Positions 1-16,400 of a stretch of 64,000 bases of DNA are shown here, one piece after another (position 1 is the stretch's first letter; each line of letters starts with the position of its first letter). Source of the stretch: Lama guanicoe (Eukaryota); NCBI GenBank assembly GCA_013239625.1, contig MU053645.1, forward strand, positions 1,604,274-1,668,273, given 5' to 3'. The translations under genes and the position numbers were made by a program. The notes beneath the pieces were generated by a model. The model worked only from the letters and a program-made list of their open reading frames with translations, had not been told where the DNA came from and made no database searches.

Positions 1-100
1 AACCTCTTAAAACCAGATGATCTAATATTGCATTTCACAGCAGTGACTTTCACCTTCATTACCTATGTGTTTACATATGACTATTCAAGTACACATGTTA

Positions 101-313
<213 letters not shown>

Positions 314-507
314 CTATGTGATGAAAAATCATAATAAATAAGGTCAATGCCAAAACCTCTGATCTTTTAGTATGTAATTTATGTTTGAAATATCAGAAGC
401 ACTTAATGTTATATTTGTTCCCTGCAAAACAATTAAAGCTCAAATTCATATTTACTAAGCAATCCACATTTATCCAGTAGCTTTAAACAGACAATAATCG
501 AGTTTCA

Positions 508-768
<261 letters not shown>

Positions 769-1728
769 TCACAAAATGTTTCATATTGATTAAAAATTAC
801 CTTAATAAAAGACTAGTGACAAACACAAAGTCAGAAGACATTAACTCTGATCACTTCTATTTTAGACAAAGCAGCAACATTAACGTAGTCTTTGTATACA
901 CAGTCACTTATTCAATGAGAGATATTTTCCAAAAGCTTAAAATCATAATCAAGACTTGTTAAAATGCTAACTTAAGAGTCAATCATCATTAAGGTTTTAA
1001 ATTCATAACGCAACGTAGGCTAGGGTCCACACAGTATAATGAATAAGGAGCACTAGTCTCCATCTCAGGAGACCTGAGTGATCTGCCACTACCTGGCTTT
1101 TTGCCAGACACTACGCTAGATATACTGCCATATAAAGACAAATAAATCATGGCCCTTGTCCTCAAGTCTGTATTAACAACCTCGAGATAATTAAAATAAT
1201 TTAAAATATGCTGTTAATAGAAAGAAAAACATTTTAAAGACCAGAAGTATTATAAAAGAAAAATTAGAAAAAATGGCAAGAGACAATGTGCAAAGGAGAA
1301 AGCAAGCCTAACACAGAAAATCCAATCAGCAAAAATATGTAATATAATTTTATACTGCCTGTTAAAAACCAGCTGGAATGGACTTAATTTTTAACAGCTT
1401 TATTGAGTTATAACTGATATACAAAGAACTGTACATATTTAATACATACAACTTGATGACTGGACATATGCATATATCGTGAAACCATCACCACATTCAA
1501 CAATCAAGGTAATAAACATATCCATCACCTCCAAAGTCAGAATGGATTTAATTTTAAATAAATGTGTTTAAGTTATTCATCAAAAAGGTAAAACATTTTC
1601 TTCTACAAGGAGTACATAACAATTTTCAAGAATAATGCTTTCATTTTTACAAGGTACAGAACAGCACTTATTGTTGTTTTGGTTCTATAGACTTTGCAAT
1701 TACATCTGAACTCTGGATGATTAATAGG

Positions 1729-2408
1729 CTTTTAAAACTGAAGTATAGTCAATTTCCAATGTTGTGTTTATTTCTGGTGTACAGCATAGTGATTCAAATA
1801 TATACATATATATGTATATATTCCTTTTCATATTCTTTTTCATTATAGGCCATTACAAGGTACTGAATATAGTTCCCTGTGCTAAACAGTAGGACTTTGT
1901 TGTTTATCTATTTTATATATAGTAGTTAGCATCTACAAATCCCAAACTCCCAATTTATCCCTCTCCAGCCTCTTCCCCCCGTGCCCCCACAGCTGGTAAC
2001 CATAAGTTTGTTTTCTAAGTCTGTGAGTCTGTCTCTGTTTTGTAAATAAGTGTGTCTTTTTTTTTTAGATTCCACATATGAGTGACATCATATGGTATTT
2101 TTCTTTCTCTTTCTGGCTTACTTCACTTAGTATGATGATCTCCATGTCCATCCATGTTGCTTCAAATCGCATTATTTCATTCTTTTTTATGGCTGAGTAA
2201 TATTCCATTGCACGTATATACCAACTTCTTTACCCAGTCATTTGTCAATGGACATTTAGGTTGCTTCCATGTCTTGGCTATTATAAATGGTGCTGCTATG
2301 AACACTGGGGTGCACGTATCTTTTTGAATTAAGAGTTTCCTCTGGATATATGCCCAGGAGTGGGATTGCTGGATCACAGGGTAAGTCTGTTTTCAGTTTT
2401 TTAAGGAA
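1729..2408 (-). mobile_element. 5'-truncated LINE-1 3' end with 15-bp TSD
   Basis: ORF2 C-terminal remnant (KDTCTPVFIAAPFIIAKTWKQPKCP) plus L1 3' UTR; TSD TGGATGATTAATAGG at 1714-1728 and 2409-2423. Confidence 0.9.
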
Positions 2409-4834
2409 TGGATGATTAATAGGTTTTTGAAGTCACCAAAAGAGAAAAGCCAATTTAGTCATGAAGATTATTTGGCCTCCTATTGTACTCACTATAATAG
2501 GTACAGGGAATCCAAGGAGTGTAAGTAAGTCATGGCCCTTACACAAGAATTTTATATTCAACTTTGTATTCCACAGGTGGAAGAAAAAACATAGGATGAG
2601 GTTAAGGAGACCAATATAATTAAAACAGAAAATCAGTGCTAGGGATTTGAAAGTTTAACAAATGAACCATAGCTGTTATATGATATGAAGAAATAGGCCA
2701 ATAACATTTTCTAAGTAGTAGTAATGATGAAATTGTTCTTGAGGGAAGATGAATCAAAAAGCAGTATGGGGACAAAATAGAGTAAGGAAAGACTGGAATT
2801 AGATAGGAAGCTCTTGTTGTGATCTGGGCCTGGACCAAGATAAGCAAAAATGGAAAGAAAAATAGGAACAGATAGGGAAAATTTTGAATGAAATACAATT
2901 TACAAGACTGTTTGATAACTGAATGGGTAAGAATAACAGTCAAATGACCACATGCGAGACCAGAAGAAAACTGGCAACATTTCAGTCATACAGCTCATCC
3001 AGGTTAACACACAACCCTTAAAGACCTCATTTTTTTTTACAGCAAGAGACCTGAAGCAATGTTATATAGATCTGCTAGTCTAACACCTCATTTTACAAAT
3101 AAGAGAAAAGTGATCCAGGGAGGGTCACTGGGTTAGTGGCAGCATCCAAAGTAGGACACAAGGCCAGTGCTTTCAACTACGTCAGGCCGTCTTGCCCTGA
3201 AGGTAGTTTGGAATGAGAAAAGAATGTAATCTAGGATATGGAGAGTTTGTAGTGATAATGAGAAAAGTGAGTACAAGTGTCCTTTGAAATGACAATAGTC
3301 ATTTTTCAATACACTACAAGACTTGTCACAAAGCAGAGTATTTTTCCCCATGGAAACACTGTAATTGGAAGCTACATTACTGATCAAGGACTCAGCATCA
3401 GATAATGGGTTAGAATTAAATAATAAGGCCATTCAAGTGGAAATGTCAAGTAGTCAATTGGAGATATGGGATTAGAGCTGCAGATGTACAGAAGAATTAA
3501 TTGTATGGGTGCTCCTGTGTATTTATTAGATCAGCAGTTTTCCATTTTATAACTGCTAATATATTTCAGGATAAAAATGCTTAATAATTTTCATCTCATA
3601 TTTTTCACGGACAACAATATTTGGTATATTTATATTATAATCAGTAATTGTGACAACTAAGGAAAATTAAATCAAACCTCTGCCATATTTTCTGCAGTAT
3701 GCAGCAAAATTTTATGAGTAAGCTCATTTCTGTAATAGCTGATGTGCAATTTCAAATTGCACCTCTAGGTTTTAAGCATGACAGCTGAATTACTCACTCT
3801 TTAAATTTTCTATGCATTCTGATCAACAATAAAATAATTTCTCAAGTTCTAAGACTAGTCAAATATATCTTTAATAATAAAAGGACTGCAAGCAAAGAAA
3901 ACTATCAGCAAAGCAAAATGCTTCGAATACTACTTCAGATGCTAAAATGCAACTTCATTCTAAGGTTAAAATCCTGCCTTTATCAAGTAGTTAGCATTTC
4001 TCTTCCCAGACAATCTATGAATCATTTATATTTACTTTAGTAGTAACTGAAACATCTGTTTAAAAGAAAGATGTAAACAGATGCAGTTTTTAATCACAAC
4101 AGAGGTAATAAGAATTTTAAAACTGTGGTCAATGATTTTTAGCCTATATAATTCTAACACGTAATTTATAATTATCTTTAAGGGTTAATTTACTGTTCAT
4201 CATTATGAGGTCCCACAAAGACAAGAGAGCATTTTAAACCTTTCAGCATATTTAAATAGCAAATATCCATGGTAACAGAGTACCTATGCTCCAATTTCAG
4301 AAGTGGGAAAACACATTACTAAGGCAGGCCTTATTTTTGTTTCAACGTTGTAGTCAGTCATGTGCATTAATGGTGAGTGGTTGGGGATAGTTTTCCACTC
4401 GAACTACTCATGAAATGAGTGAGTAAGTCAGCAATTAAAATTTTAAAATGCCTGCCACTTTGCAAAATTATGGATGATAAGAACTCTAAATAAATCATAA
4501 GAAATAAGCAGAAAAAATTTTTTCTCAGAATTATCAGAACTCTACCTGATTGCACTTAATAATAAGAATCCTTGTAGTCTGATTTTAAATATGGAGTGCA
4601 CACTTTTAAAAAAATGAGGCACTGAAGAATAAAAAAGTACCCACACAAATGGGTATTATAGATGCTGTATTATCTATAATAGAGAATAAATAGAAAACAT
4701 GTAAATAGGGGAATGGTTTCATAAGTTCTAGCACATCTAGTACCAGGAATATTATGTAGCCATTAAATGACTAATTTGAAGATCATAAAAAAGTTTATAT
4801 ATTAAATGAGAAAATTGTATTATAGTATTTTATC

Positions 4835-7650
4835 CAGAAGAAAAGGGAACACTTCCTAACTCATTCTATGAGGCCAAAGTGATACAAGAACATCACAAGA
4901 AAGGAAAACTACAGACCAATATCTCTTATGAATACAAATGCAAAAATTCTCAACAAAATACTAGCAAACCAAATCCAGCAGCACATTAAATGATAATATA
5001 CCATTACCAATTAGCATTAATCCCAGGAATGCAAGGGTGGGTAAATATACAGAAATCAATTAACATAGAATTATGGGAAGAAACCAAGTGATCCTCTTAA
5101 CAGATGCAGACAAAGCATCTGACAAAATGTAACAAACACCCTTTCAGATAAAAACACTCAGCAAACTAGGAATAGAAGGGAAATTCCTCAATACAATAAT
5201 GGACATTTATGAAAAAAACCTATAGCTAACATACTCAGTGGTGAAATACTGAACGTTTCTTCTCTAAGGCCAGGAAAAAGATAAGGATGCCTGCTTTTGC
5301 CACTTCTATTCAACACTGTACTGGAGACCTAGCCAGGATAGTTAAGCAAGGGAAAAAACCTACCCAGATTGGAAAGGAAGAAGGAAAACTAAGATCAGAT
5401 GACATGATCTTAAAATATAGAAAACCCTAAAGAATCTACACAGAAAAAAAAAATTAAAGCTAATAAATGAGTTCAGCAAGGTTGCAGGATACAAAACCAA
5501 TATACAAAACTCAACTGTATTTCTATACACTAGCAATAAACAATCCAAAAAAATGAAATTAAGAAAACAATTCCATTTACAGCTGCATTAAAATAATAAA
5601 ATGTTCAGGAATAAATTGAACCAAGGAATTAAAAGACTTGGACACTGAAAGCTATAAAACATCATCAAAAGAAATTAAAGAAGGCCTAAATAAAGATATG
5701 CCATCCCACATTCATGGATTGGACTATTGTTAAGATGGCAATATTCCCCAAATTGATCTACAGATTCAGTGTAATCCCTATCAAGTGCCCTTTTTGCAGA
5801 AATAGACAACCTGATCCTAAAATTTGTATGGAATTACGAAAAGAACCTCAAATAGCCAAAACAATCTTGATGAATAAAGTGGGGAGAACTCACTCCTCCG
5901 GATTTCAAACCTTATTACAAAGCTAGAGTAATCAAAACATAAGGATAAAGATAAGGATATCCTGGTATAAGGATAGACATATGTATCAATGGAACAGAAT
6001 GGAGAGTTCAGAACTTAACCTGACCAATTCATTTCCACAAGAGCACCAAGACTATTTGATAAGGAAAAAATATAGTCTTTTCAACAAATGGTGCTGGGAC
6101 AACTGGATATCTACATGCAAAAGAATGAATTTGGACTTATCTTACACCACATACAAAGAGTAACTCAAAATGGATCAAAGACCTAAATGTAAGAACTAAA
6201 GGTCTAAAACTCTAATAAAGAAACAGATGTAAAATCTTCACGGCCTTGGATTAAGCAACGGTTCTTAAAATATGACATCATAAGCATAGCATTCAAAGAA
6301 AAAATAAACTGGACTTCTTTAAAATTTAAACTTTTGTTATTTATATAAACTACATCAAGTGAACAGACACTATTAAGTGTACAGACAACCCACAGAATGG
6401 GAAATATTTTTGCAAACCATGTATATAAGGGGCTAGTAACCATCATATATAAAGTACTCTTACAATTCAACAATAAAAGACAACACAATTTAAAAATGGG
6501 CAAAGGATTTGAATAGACATTTTCCCAAAGAAGATACACAAATGGTTAATAAGCACATGAAAAGATATTCAACATCATTAGTCATTAGGGAAATGGAAGT
6601 CAAAACCACAATGAGATACCACTTTACACACAGTAGGATTGCTACAACAAAAAAAGACAGAAGACAGACAATACCAAGTGTTCCCAAGGATATGGAGAAA
6701 TTGGAACTTTCATGTATTGCTAGTAAAATAGTACCGCCACCTTGGAAAACATTTTGGTAGTTCCTCAAAAAGTTAAACATAAACTTATCACATGACTCAG
6801 CAAATCTAAGTGTATATATCCAAGAGAATTAAAAACGTATATTCATATGAAAACCTGTATCTGAATGTTCATAGCAGTATTATTTATAATAGCCCCAAAG
6901 TGGAAACAACCCATCAGCTGATTGATGAATAAATAAAATGTGATATATCCATAAAATGGAATATTCAGCCATAGAAAGGAATTGCTATAGACTAAATGTT
7001 TGTTATCCCCCAAATCTGTATCTTGAAGCCCTAATCCCTAATGTAATGATATTTGGAGATGGGGCTTTGGGAGATAATTAGGTTTATACGAGGTCATGAG
7101 GGCAGAGCTCCCATGATGGGACTGGTGACCTTATAAGGGGACAAAGAGACCAGGGCTCTCTCTCTTTCACTTCCATCTGAGGATGCAACAAAAGGCAGCC
7201 ATCTGCAAACCAGAAAGGGGGTCCTCACCAGAACCCGATCATGATGGCATTCGGATCTTGGACTTTCAGGCTCCAGAAATGTGAGAAATAAATGTTTGTT
7301 TAAGCCACCCAGTTTATGGTATTTGTTATAGCAGTTCGAGCTGAGTTAAGACAGGAATAAAATACTATAACATGGATGAACCTTGAAAACATGCTAAGTG
7401 AAAGAAACCAGACACAAAAGGTCATGTTTTATATGAGTACATTTATATGAAATGTCCAGAAAGGCAAATCCATAGAAAAGTAGATTAGTGAGGGCAGGAG
7501 GAGATTGGGACTATCTGCTAACAGATATGGGTTTCTTCTGGAGTGATGGAAATGTCCCAGAATTAGATAGTGGTGATGGCTGCACAACATTGTGAATATA
7601 TTAAAAATTGCTGAATTATACACATTAAAAATATTAAAATGGTGCATCCC
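4835..7650 (+). mobile_element. Old degenerate LINE-1 (L1MB-like) ORF2 and 3' UTR, interrupted by an MLT1 LTR
   Basis: Frameshifted ORF2 peptides ([44 protein letters not shown]) and an L1MB-type 3' end. Boundaries approximate. Confidence 0.88.
6983..7353 (+). mobile_element. MaLR solo LTR (MLT1A-like), 371 bp, nested in L1
   Basis: TG...CA termini, 5-bp TSD GGAAT (6978-6982, 7354-7358), typical MLT1 body and AATAAA. Confidence 0.88.
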
Positions 7651-8239
7651 AGTTTTTTTAAAATGTTAATAATTTTTATCCAAATCATATTCACAATGAT
7701 TTGTGAAACAGAAGCAGAATTTCAAATAATATAGAATATAATAATAGAGGCATTGTCAATTTTTTCCTCTTTAAAAACCTCTTAATTTTCTGTGTAGCAT
7801 TGTTTATGACAAAACTGAAACTAACCTAAATATTCATTATTAGGGGGCTGATTAAATAAATTACGATGCAATTATCAAAAAGAATGAGATACACTAGTAG
7901 AAAAAAGCAGAGGGCCAAACACTGGCTGAAGTATGATCTCATTTTTGTGTCTTTTAACATTCTGCAAACATACTTGTAGCTGCACAAGCTCTTAACAGTG
8001 GTAACCACAGCAAAGTCGGACTTGGAGACATTTTTATTATGCCATTCTGCATTATTTGATATTTTAATAAAAATTGTTTGCAATAAAATATTCGATTCCT
8101 CTTTTGGAAAACAACTTCAAGTACTTAGATGGATTTTAAAAATAGTAGGTATTCAAGTATTTGTTGAATATAACAGTTGCTAAATGCAAGGAAAGCGTCT
8201 TCAAATGTTATTGTCTTTTACAATCAGAAAATGCATATT

Positions 8240-9930
8240 GTGCCCAGAAATAAGCCCATGAACTTATGGTCAATTAGTCCATGACAAAGGAGGTAAGAAT
8301 ATACACCAGGGAAAAGACAATCTCTTCAATAAGTAGTGCTGGGAAAACTGGACAACTACATGTAAAAGAATGAAATTAGAACAATCTCTAACATCATATA
8401 CAAAAATAAACCCAAAATGCATAAAGACCTAAATGTAAGACCAGATACTCTAAAACTCCTAGAGGAAAACATAGGCAGAATACTCTTTGACATAAATTGG
8501 AGCAGTACTTTTTTCAATCCATCTCCTAGCATAAAGGAAATAAAAGTAAAAATAAGCAAAAGGGATCTGATTAAACATAAAAGCTTTTGCACAGCAAAGG
8601 AAACCACAAATAAAACAAAAAGACAACCTACAGAGTGGAAAATATTTGCAAATGATGAGATCAGCAAGGGGTTAATTTCCAAAATATACAAACAGCTCAA
8701 CTTAATATAAAAAAACAACCCAGTCAAAAAATGGGCAGAAGACCTAAACTGACATTTTTCCAAAGAAGACATACAGATGGCCAACAGGCACATGAAAAGA
8801 TGCTCAACATCGCTAACTATTAGAGAAATGCAAATCAAAACTAAAATGAGGTATCACCTCACACCAGTCAGATGGCCATCATCAAAAAGGACACAAACAA
8901 CAAATGTTGGCNNNNNNNNNNNNNNNNNNNNNNNNNNNNNNNNNNNNNNNNNNNNNNNNNNNNNNNNNNNNNNNNNNNNNNNNNNNNNNNNNNNNNNNNN
9001 TAGCTGAGAGAATGTGACAATGAGTGTGTATATGTCCATGTATGACTGAAAAATTGTGCTGAACACTGGAATTTGACACAACATTGTAAGACGATTATAA
9101 ATCAATAAAAAATGTTAAAAAAAATAAATGCTGGAGAGGGTATGGAGAAAAAGGGAACCTTCCTACACTGTTGATGAGGATGTAAATTGGTGCAGACACT
9201 ATGGAGAACCTCATGGAGGTTTCTTAAAAAACTAAAAGAGTTACCATATTGACCCAGCAATCCCACTTCTGAGCATATATCGAGATAAAACTATAACTCA
9301 AAAAGATACACACACGCAAATGTTCATGGCAGCACTATTTACAATAGCCAAGACATGGAAATAACCTAAATGTCCACTGACAGACGAATGAATAAAGAAG
9401 GTGTGGTATACATATATACAAAATGGAGTATTACTCAGCCATAAAAAAGAATGAAATGATGCCATTTGCAACAACATGGATGGACCTAGAGATCACCATA
9501 TTAAGTGAAGGAAATCAGACAGAGAAAGACAAATATCATATATCTCTTTTATGTGGAATCTAAAAAAAAAATAAAGACACAAACGAACTTATTTAAAAAC
9601 CAGAAATAGACTCACAGAAATAGAAAACAAATTATGGTTACCAAAGGGGAAAGGGGTGGTGGGGATAAATTAGGAGTTTGGGATTAGCATATACCCACTG
9701 TTATGTATAAAATAGATAAAGAACAAGGACCCACTGTATAGTACAGGGAACTATATTCAATATCTTGTAATAACCTATAATGGAAAAGTATCTGAAAAAG
9801 AATATATATATATAAATACACACACATATATAAAACTGAATCACTTTGCTGCATACCCGAAACTAACACAACACTGTAAATCAACTATAATTTTAAAAAA
9901 TAATTAAAAAAAAGAAACTTAAAAAAAAAG
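8240..9930 (+). mobile_element. LINE-1 3' portion with a second L1 3' end nested at the gap (about 9001-9125)
   Basis: ORF2 peptides ([36 protein letters not shown]), 3' UTR and poly(A) tail; an extra 3' terminus with AATAAA and A-run follows the N gap. Confidence 0.88.
8912..9000. other. Assembly gap (89 N)
   Basis: Run of N. Confidence 0.99.
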
Positions 9931-10391
9931 AAAACGGATGTTACAATAACATGATCTACATTTTCTGAAAGACTGTTCAGAAATGCTGCCTTATAATGAG
10001 TTCAATTTGCCACAAAGCCACTTTATATGGTATATGTGCCACAGAAGAAAAAACACTGTCAGGTGAAAAACATCTCTATGTATGAAGAGAATACAAAATG
10101 AGAAATTATATTCTTCATAACAATGAAATATTATGTATTTATGATAATAGTGGTTTGTGATCTTAGATATATAATGTGACCCTAATGTAAGGATATAGTG
10201 CCAATAAGGACATGAAGGCTATTTATTAGTAAGGAGTAAACTTGCTTGGATTCATGCACAAAAAGGTACTGATGATATATAACAATGGGAACACTATACA
10301 AATATTAAATTACATGAAAATGTACAAAAGGTAATCTGTAGCATCAGAAGCCTAAAAGATACATTAGCAAAAATAAAAGATACATATTTCA

Positions 10392-10778
<387 letters not shown>

Positions 10779-11074
10779 TCACAACAGAAACTACAGAATC
10801 CATACAAGTTTAAGATATAGGATACATTTATGAGGAATGTGAGTGTATTTTTAGTTATAAGAATGATATTGTGCTTGTTTTGAAAAGAGTCCTTAGCTTT
10901 TAAGGATAAACACTAAAATATTTATGAATGAAATATGTTTGGGATTTGTCTCAAAATAATAAGGAAGAGGTTGAGGAATGAGTAGGAGTATAGATAAAGC
11001 ATACTGCCATATGTAATTGTTGAAGCTGCATGATGGGTATATGGGGTTCATTACACTATTCTCTGCTTTCATAT

Positions 11075-11270
11075 CTGTCTGACTAGAGTCAGACTGAGTT
11101 CAAATTCTTGCTCTGACACTTGCCTGCTGTTTGATCTTAAGCAAAACACGCCCTTTCTCCAAGCCTGTGCCCTCATCTTCAAAATGCAGTTGCTGTGAAC
11201 ATTACATGAGAGCCCATACAGAGCACTCAGCGGACATAAGTGTTCAATACATGGCAGCTATTATTATTAT
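11075..11270 (+). mobile_element. MIR SINE remnant
   Basis: agagtcagactgagttcaaattcttgctctgacactt...cctcatcttcaaaatg...gttcaatacatggcagctattatt resembles the MIR consensus. Confidence 0.7.
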
Positions 11271-13377
11271 TAAAGGAAGAGGGTAGCCATTGAAGGGCAG
11301 AGAAAAGCACCAACAAAGTATACAAGTAGCTCAAAGTATTTCCTATATTTACATAACTTTTACACATTGATGATATACAGAATCATTGTAAAGATGCTGA
11401 AAGAAGAAAGGAGTGATGAAGATTAAAATGACCAATAATTCCATTATGCAGTAATAACTGACCTATAATATTTTGCTACATTTTCTACATGCATATATAT
11501 TTTTTTTATGGAATCAACATTGTGTGTGTGTGTATATATATATATACACACGAAATATATATATTTTAGTAGCCACCTTTTATTCACTTAACACTATATA
11601 CTGACCATTTTCCTAAGTGTATTATTAAACATTTTAATGCCTATATAATATTCAATTGATTAAATGTCTCATAATTTAACATTATTCCTTTAATAATAGA
11701 TAATAAGGCTGTTTCCAATTTTTTGGTATTACAAATTATACCGAAATACACCTTTTTGTTTATAATTATTTATCCAAATATATAATCTCTCAGGATAGAT
11801 TACTTGAAAGGAAATTATTGAGTCAAAGAATATGAACACTTCTAAGAGTAACAGTATACTTAGCTAAATACCTTTCTGAAAGGCTACACCAATTTATACT
11901 CCCAAAATCAGTATATAAAATTGCTCATTTCACCATAACCTTAACAGCACTGTAATTTTCATGTTAAAATTACACATCTAATAGGAGAAAAACATTTTAT
12001 ATCAATTTTATTTCTTTGCAAGATAAAAATTTAAGATATTTATTAGCAATTTTGCTCTACCAATTTACTGTGTGTTAATATTTTTCCTTGTTTAATTTGT
12101 AAGAGTTCTTTATGTATCAAGGATATTAACATTTTGTCTGTATTATTTCTTGTAGGGTCATATTTTTTTTTTGGTCTTAAAATCTACAAATGTTTTCTTT
12201 TATAAATTTCCATTAGCTTTATATTATTAATGAGATAAATCTTCACTGCTTTGGCAGTAGCCTAAGGAATTAATCCTTAAGATAATGATTTAGTATATCC
12301 GATACTAATAAGGTACTGAAATAATGACTTCCTAAAGAAAAGCCTGTTATTTACCTATTATTAGGTTATTTCTCATCTTTCACTAAATCCAGTTTTTTCT
12401 TGAATTGTGTATTTCCCCTTTAAAACTTCCCCTCTTTTTTATATACCCAATCTTAATTCCAAAGTTCTTGATCTACAAAATTTGTGCAGCCTGACAATTT
12501 TACAGCACCTTTTCCTTTCTGCTAAAGGTAGAGTATTTTAAAACACTGAAACACACACATAGACACACACACTTTAAACTATTATAGTGCAGTAGATAGA
12601 AAAGCCTTTTATATCACCAAACTTTTATAAATAGGCAAAAATCTAAAATTCATCTAAGAATCCTACAATATCTTGTAGCATTACCTAGTTTCATCACATG
12701 CTTGCTAGGTAGGCAGTATCCTCATTTTTTAAAAATCAACAAACCTAGTAGAATTAACCATACTGCCCAAGTCATGCAATAAGGCAATACAAACTGTGAA
12801 TGGCAATTAGAAGTTCTGTCCTTTCACCCACTTAACAAACATTTAGTCAGTATCTTCAAAGTGCCAAGTACTGTGTCATGTGCTAGGAAAAGCTGTTACA
12901 TAATTGTTTTTAACGAGAATTTCTTTTTAACTTGCAAAAGTTTAGTAGAAATGTGTTTCCCTTCATGAGTAATAATGACTTTTTTTTTTAAAAAAAATGC
13001 CACATTTAATAATCTAATGATTATATCACTGACAAGAGAGTCAGGAATTTGCTTGGTTCTGTGCTCTTACCTTAGGGCAAATTCAGTATGTTTCTCAGTT
13101 TCCCATATCTGTAACTATAATATATATAACAAGGTTATGTGTATTCTTAGACGCCTTTGCTCTTTGTTTTCTTTTTTCTAAAAATTAACAGTGGTAAGGA
13201 AATTGGTCTCATACTTAAAACAAATCTTTTACAAAATAGAAAAATAGTACTTTTAGAGATTTTTTAGAAATTCTATTATCTTCTAATTTTCAAATATTAT
13301 GTTTATTATTATTTTAAGACAATGTGGATAAAAACAAAGTAGGAAGTACTTTCATCCACTGCTGGTGGAAAAATAGA

Positions 13378-13381
<4 letters not shown>

Positions 13382-13414
<33 letters not shown>
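13382..13414. repeat. (AT)n microsatellite
   Basis: Perfect dinucleotide run. Confidence 0.95.
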
Positions 13415-13417
<3 letters not shown>

Positions 13418-16400
13418 TTTTTCAGATTCTTTTCCATTGTAAGTTATAGGTTATAGATTAAATTGGCATTGTCTTTCTAAAAAGCAATTTGGTAATGTAT
13501 ATATAAAGAGCTTTAAAAAGGTTCTTTAGACTTAGTAATTGACTTTCTAGAATCTATCTCTTTCCTCAAATAGAAATTTGGAGAAAAGATGTATGTACAG
13601 ACATGTCCAAACAATAAGCCAAAAAAAAAAACAAAACAAATGCCCTCAAAATATTGGGAATAATTAAATGATATAGCTATATCTGAAAAATCATGTTTTT
13701 ATAATCATTAAAAATCATACTTTCAGGCTATTTATTGAAAAAGATGATGATGATGATGATTAGAACACAATGTAAGTGCAAATGGCCTGGTCACAAATTA
13801 TAGAGCCTGATTCTGATTTTTAAAATTATATATGTACACAGAAAGAACATTAAAAGTAACATCAAAATGTTGACAGCTGTTATCTTTTGTGAAAAGGATC
13901 ATGAGTGGTCTTTATAGTTTTGTATATGCCCACAATTTTCTATAATGAACTTATATAATAGAAATTTAAGTGATTCTTTTTAGACTGTTCTGCCGGTTTC
14001 AAATGTTTAACACAAGACCACTGTGTATGTGAACTCAGCACTGAAGTATTCAAATTTACAAAGCCCTTATACCTTATTCCACTAAGAGAAAACCACCTAA
14101 GATCCTAGCTATAACCATGAAATTATTTACAAAGGAGACTTTCTCCATATCTTATAAGAAAAATGTTGAAAAGAATCCATGAAAGGGAGTTTAACTCATT
14201 ATCTAGGCTTGGTTCCCAAATTTTAACTTAAAAAAAAGGAAAGCCTAGAACATTTATCTGCAAGGCTTTTCAGCAAGCATACACAGATGAAGGACTTTCA
14301 ATGGTATTTTGGTAAAATTAAGAAAAGCACGTGCACTATATACACAGTCTTCGCAGCCCTTTCTCTCTCAGGTATACCTACCTACTACCTCTCAGGATGA
14401 GAATCCAGCAGGTGAGTACTGTGGAATGACGTCCTACTATCAAGTGGGATGAAAGTCATTTCAAATCCATGCCACACATTCATTTTCAAGAAACAGTCCC
14501 CTGTCATCACTTGTAGTCATCACTGACTCCCTGCCAGAATTCCCATAGAGCCACCCTGACCTCTGCTACATCTCTGGAGCCCAACAGGCCACCAAGGGCC
14601 CAAGTTATAACAGATGACACAACCCCCCTACTCTACTCACTCAAATTCCCAACTCTCCTCCCAGAGACCTCAATTGTCTTGGGATTATTACCCATCCCTC
14701 CTACTCACTCTACAGCATGGGAAGCAAACAACATTTCATTTCATTTCATTTCTAAGGCTAATTCTTCCATTTGGGCTTTAAGTAAATCCCAGCCATCTCC
14801 TGTCATTCCACCTGGTCTTGTATTTTCAATTTCTCCCTTTCCTGTGGGCTGTTTCTAAGGAGCTACAATCTCTATTCTCGGAAAATAAAAACTAAACAAG
14901 GCAAAAAACAAATCACTTTTTCCCCCAAATTACCACATCTCTCCTTCCTTTCCCTGCTAAATTTATTGAAAAGTTTCTTCTGTTCTCTTAAGCTTTGTTA
15001 TCCACCGTTCTGTTGCTATCACACTATTGGAATTTCTGTTCTGATTACTGCCAGTTCTACATTTCTAGCCTGAATAGTTCTCCAAAGCTTGATCCTCATT
15101 TTCAACTTGTCTTAACAAGTCCCCAAACCAAATTCCTCCTGCCTCTGCAACCCATCCCTCTTCATGAAATGTGGTTCTCCCACCTGCAACTCTTCTGCAC
15201 CGCTAGTTCTCTAACAAGACAGGAAAACTGTGGGTGGAACAAAAGGTACACGGCAGTCTTGGGGGTTTTCTGGTTAATGGTGACGAAAATGGAGCTCTGA
15301 AATCACAGAAATGAGTAACTGCTTTATACAATACGTAGTTCATTTTGTATCTTGCCAATAGGGTGTACAAAAGTGAGACACTGTCCTCCCACATGCTTTT
15401 CACAATTGTTCAGTGTCAAAGTACTGATGTACTTCTCAAAGGTGAAGAGAAGAACACACTGAGTAGTTCATATTAACCCCCTTCATCTCACAACTTAATT
15501 ATAGGACCTATCAATATCATTATAATTTTTTCAATTTGCTAAATGATATCCTTCTTTGATGACAGTGGAGGTTACATGGGACAAATGCTAACAGAAAACC
15601 CACAATTACAACAGAAAAATCTTTTCCCCGAAACCAAAAAAAGTCTTAAAAACTATATATACTCCATATTGATATTTCAACTGAAAATACTTAGGTTTTT
15701 TGGCTTACTGAAGTTTATTTTATTCTCCCTAAATTCCAGACAAACCCACCTTGTTCATAAAATCCTAAAAGATACTCCTAGGAAGCTGTGAATTCTTAGG
15801 AAGCTTGCTATGTTCATGTAATTTATTTTCTACTGAACCTAGACCAGTGACACACCAATCTAAGTCATGGGTGATTCTAATTTGAACACTACAAACATCC
15901 GAACCTAGGGATCACAAGTAACAGTGCCTTGACTCTCTCGGTTAATGAAGACTGCAAATATAGCCCAGACTCCAGTAAATGAGCAGGCACAAAATTGTCA
16001 TCATCATAAGGTCCTTTTCAACCGCATTATTTAAACAATTACCACAATTTTGTTATCTGGTAACAATGAAGAATTTGAGCAAAATAAAAAGTAAATCAAG
16101 TATCTACCCACTGACAAGCTTTCTACTTTCAATGAAACTTGTTTTATAATGACTAAACCCAAGGCAGACTATCAGAACTTAACTATTCAGATCTGGTTTT
16201 TGGATTGTTGCTTGAATTGGTGAATGATGCGATATAAAGGAAAAAAGTGACACATACAACTCCAAAATAAAAGAACTCCCCAAACTTGGTCCACATACAT
16301 GATTTAGCTGTTTGCTTCTCCCTGAAAAGAAATGACTGGAAGCATACAGTCCTCTCAAATGCCACCTTGAGGAGAGGGTAAGAAGGTTGAACATTCCAGA

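Noticed and set aside
5360..9105. Reverse transcriptase/ORF2-like peptides as functional genes
   Set aside because: Fragmented, frameshifted L1 remnants.
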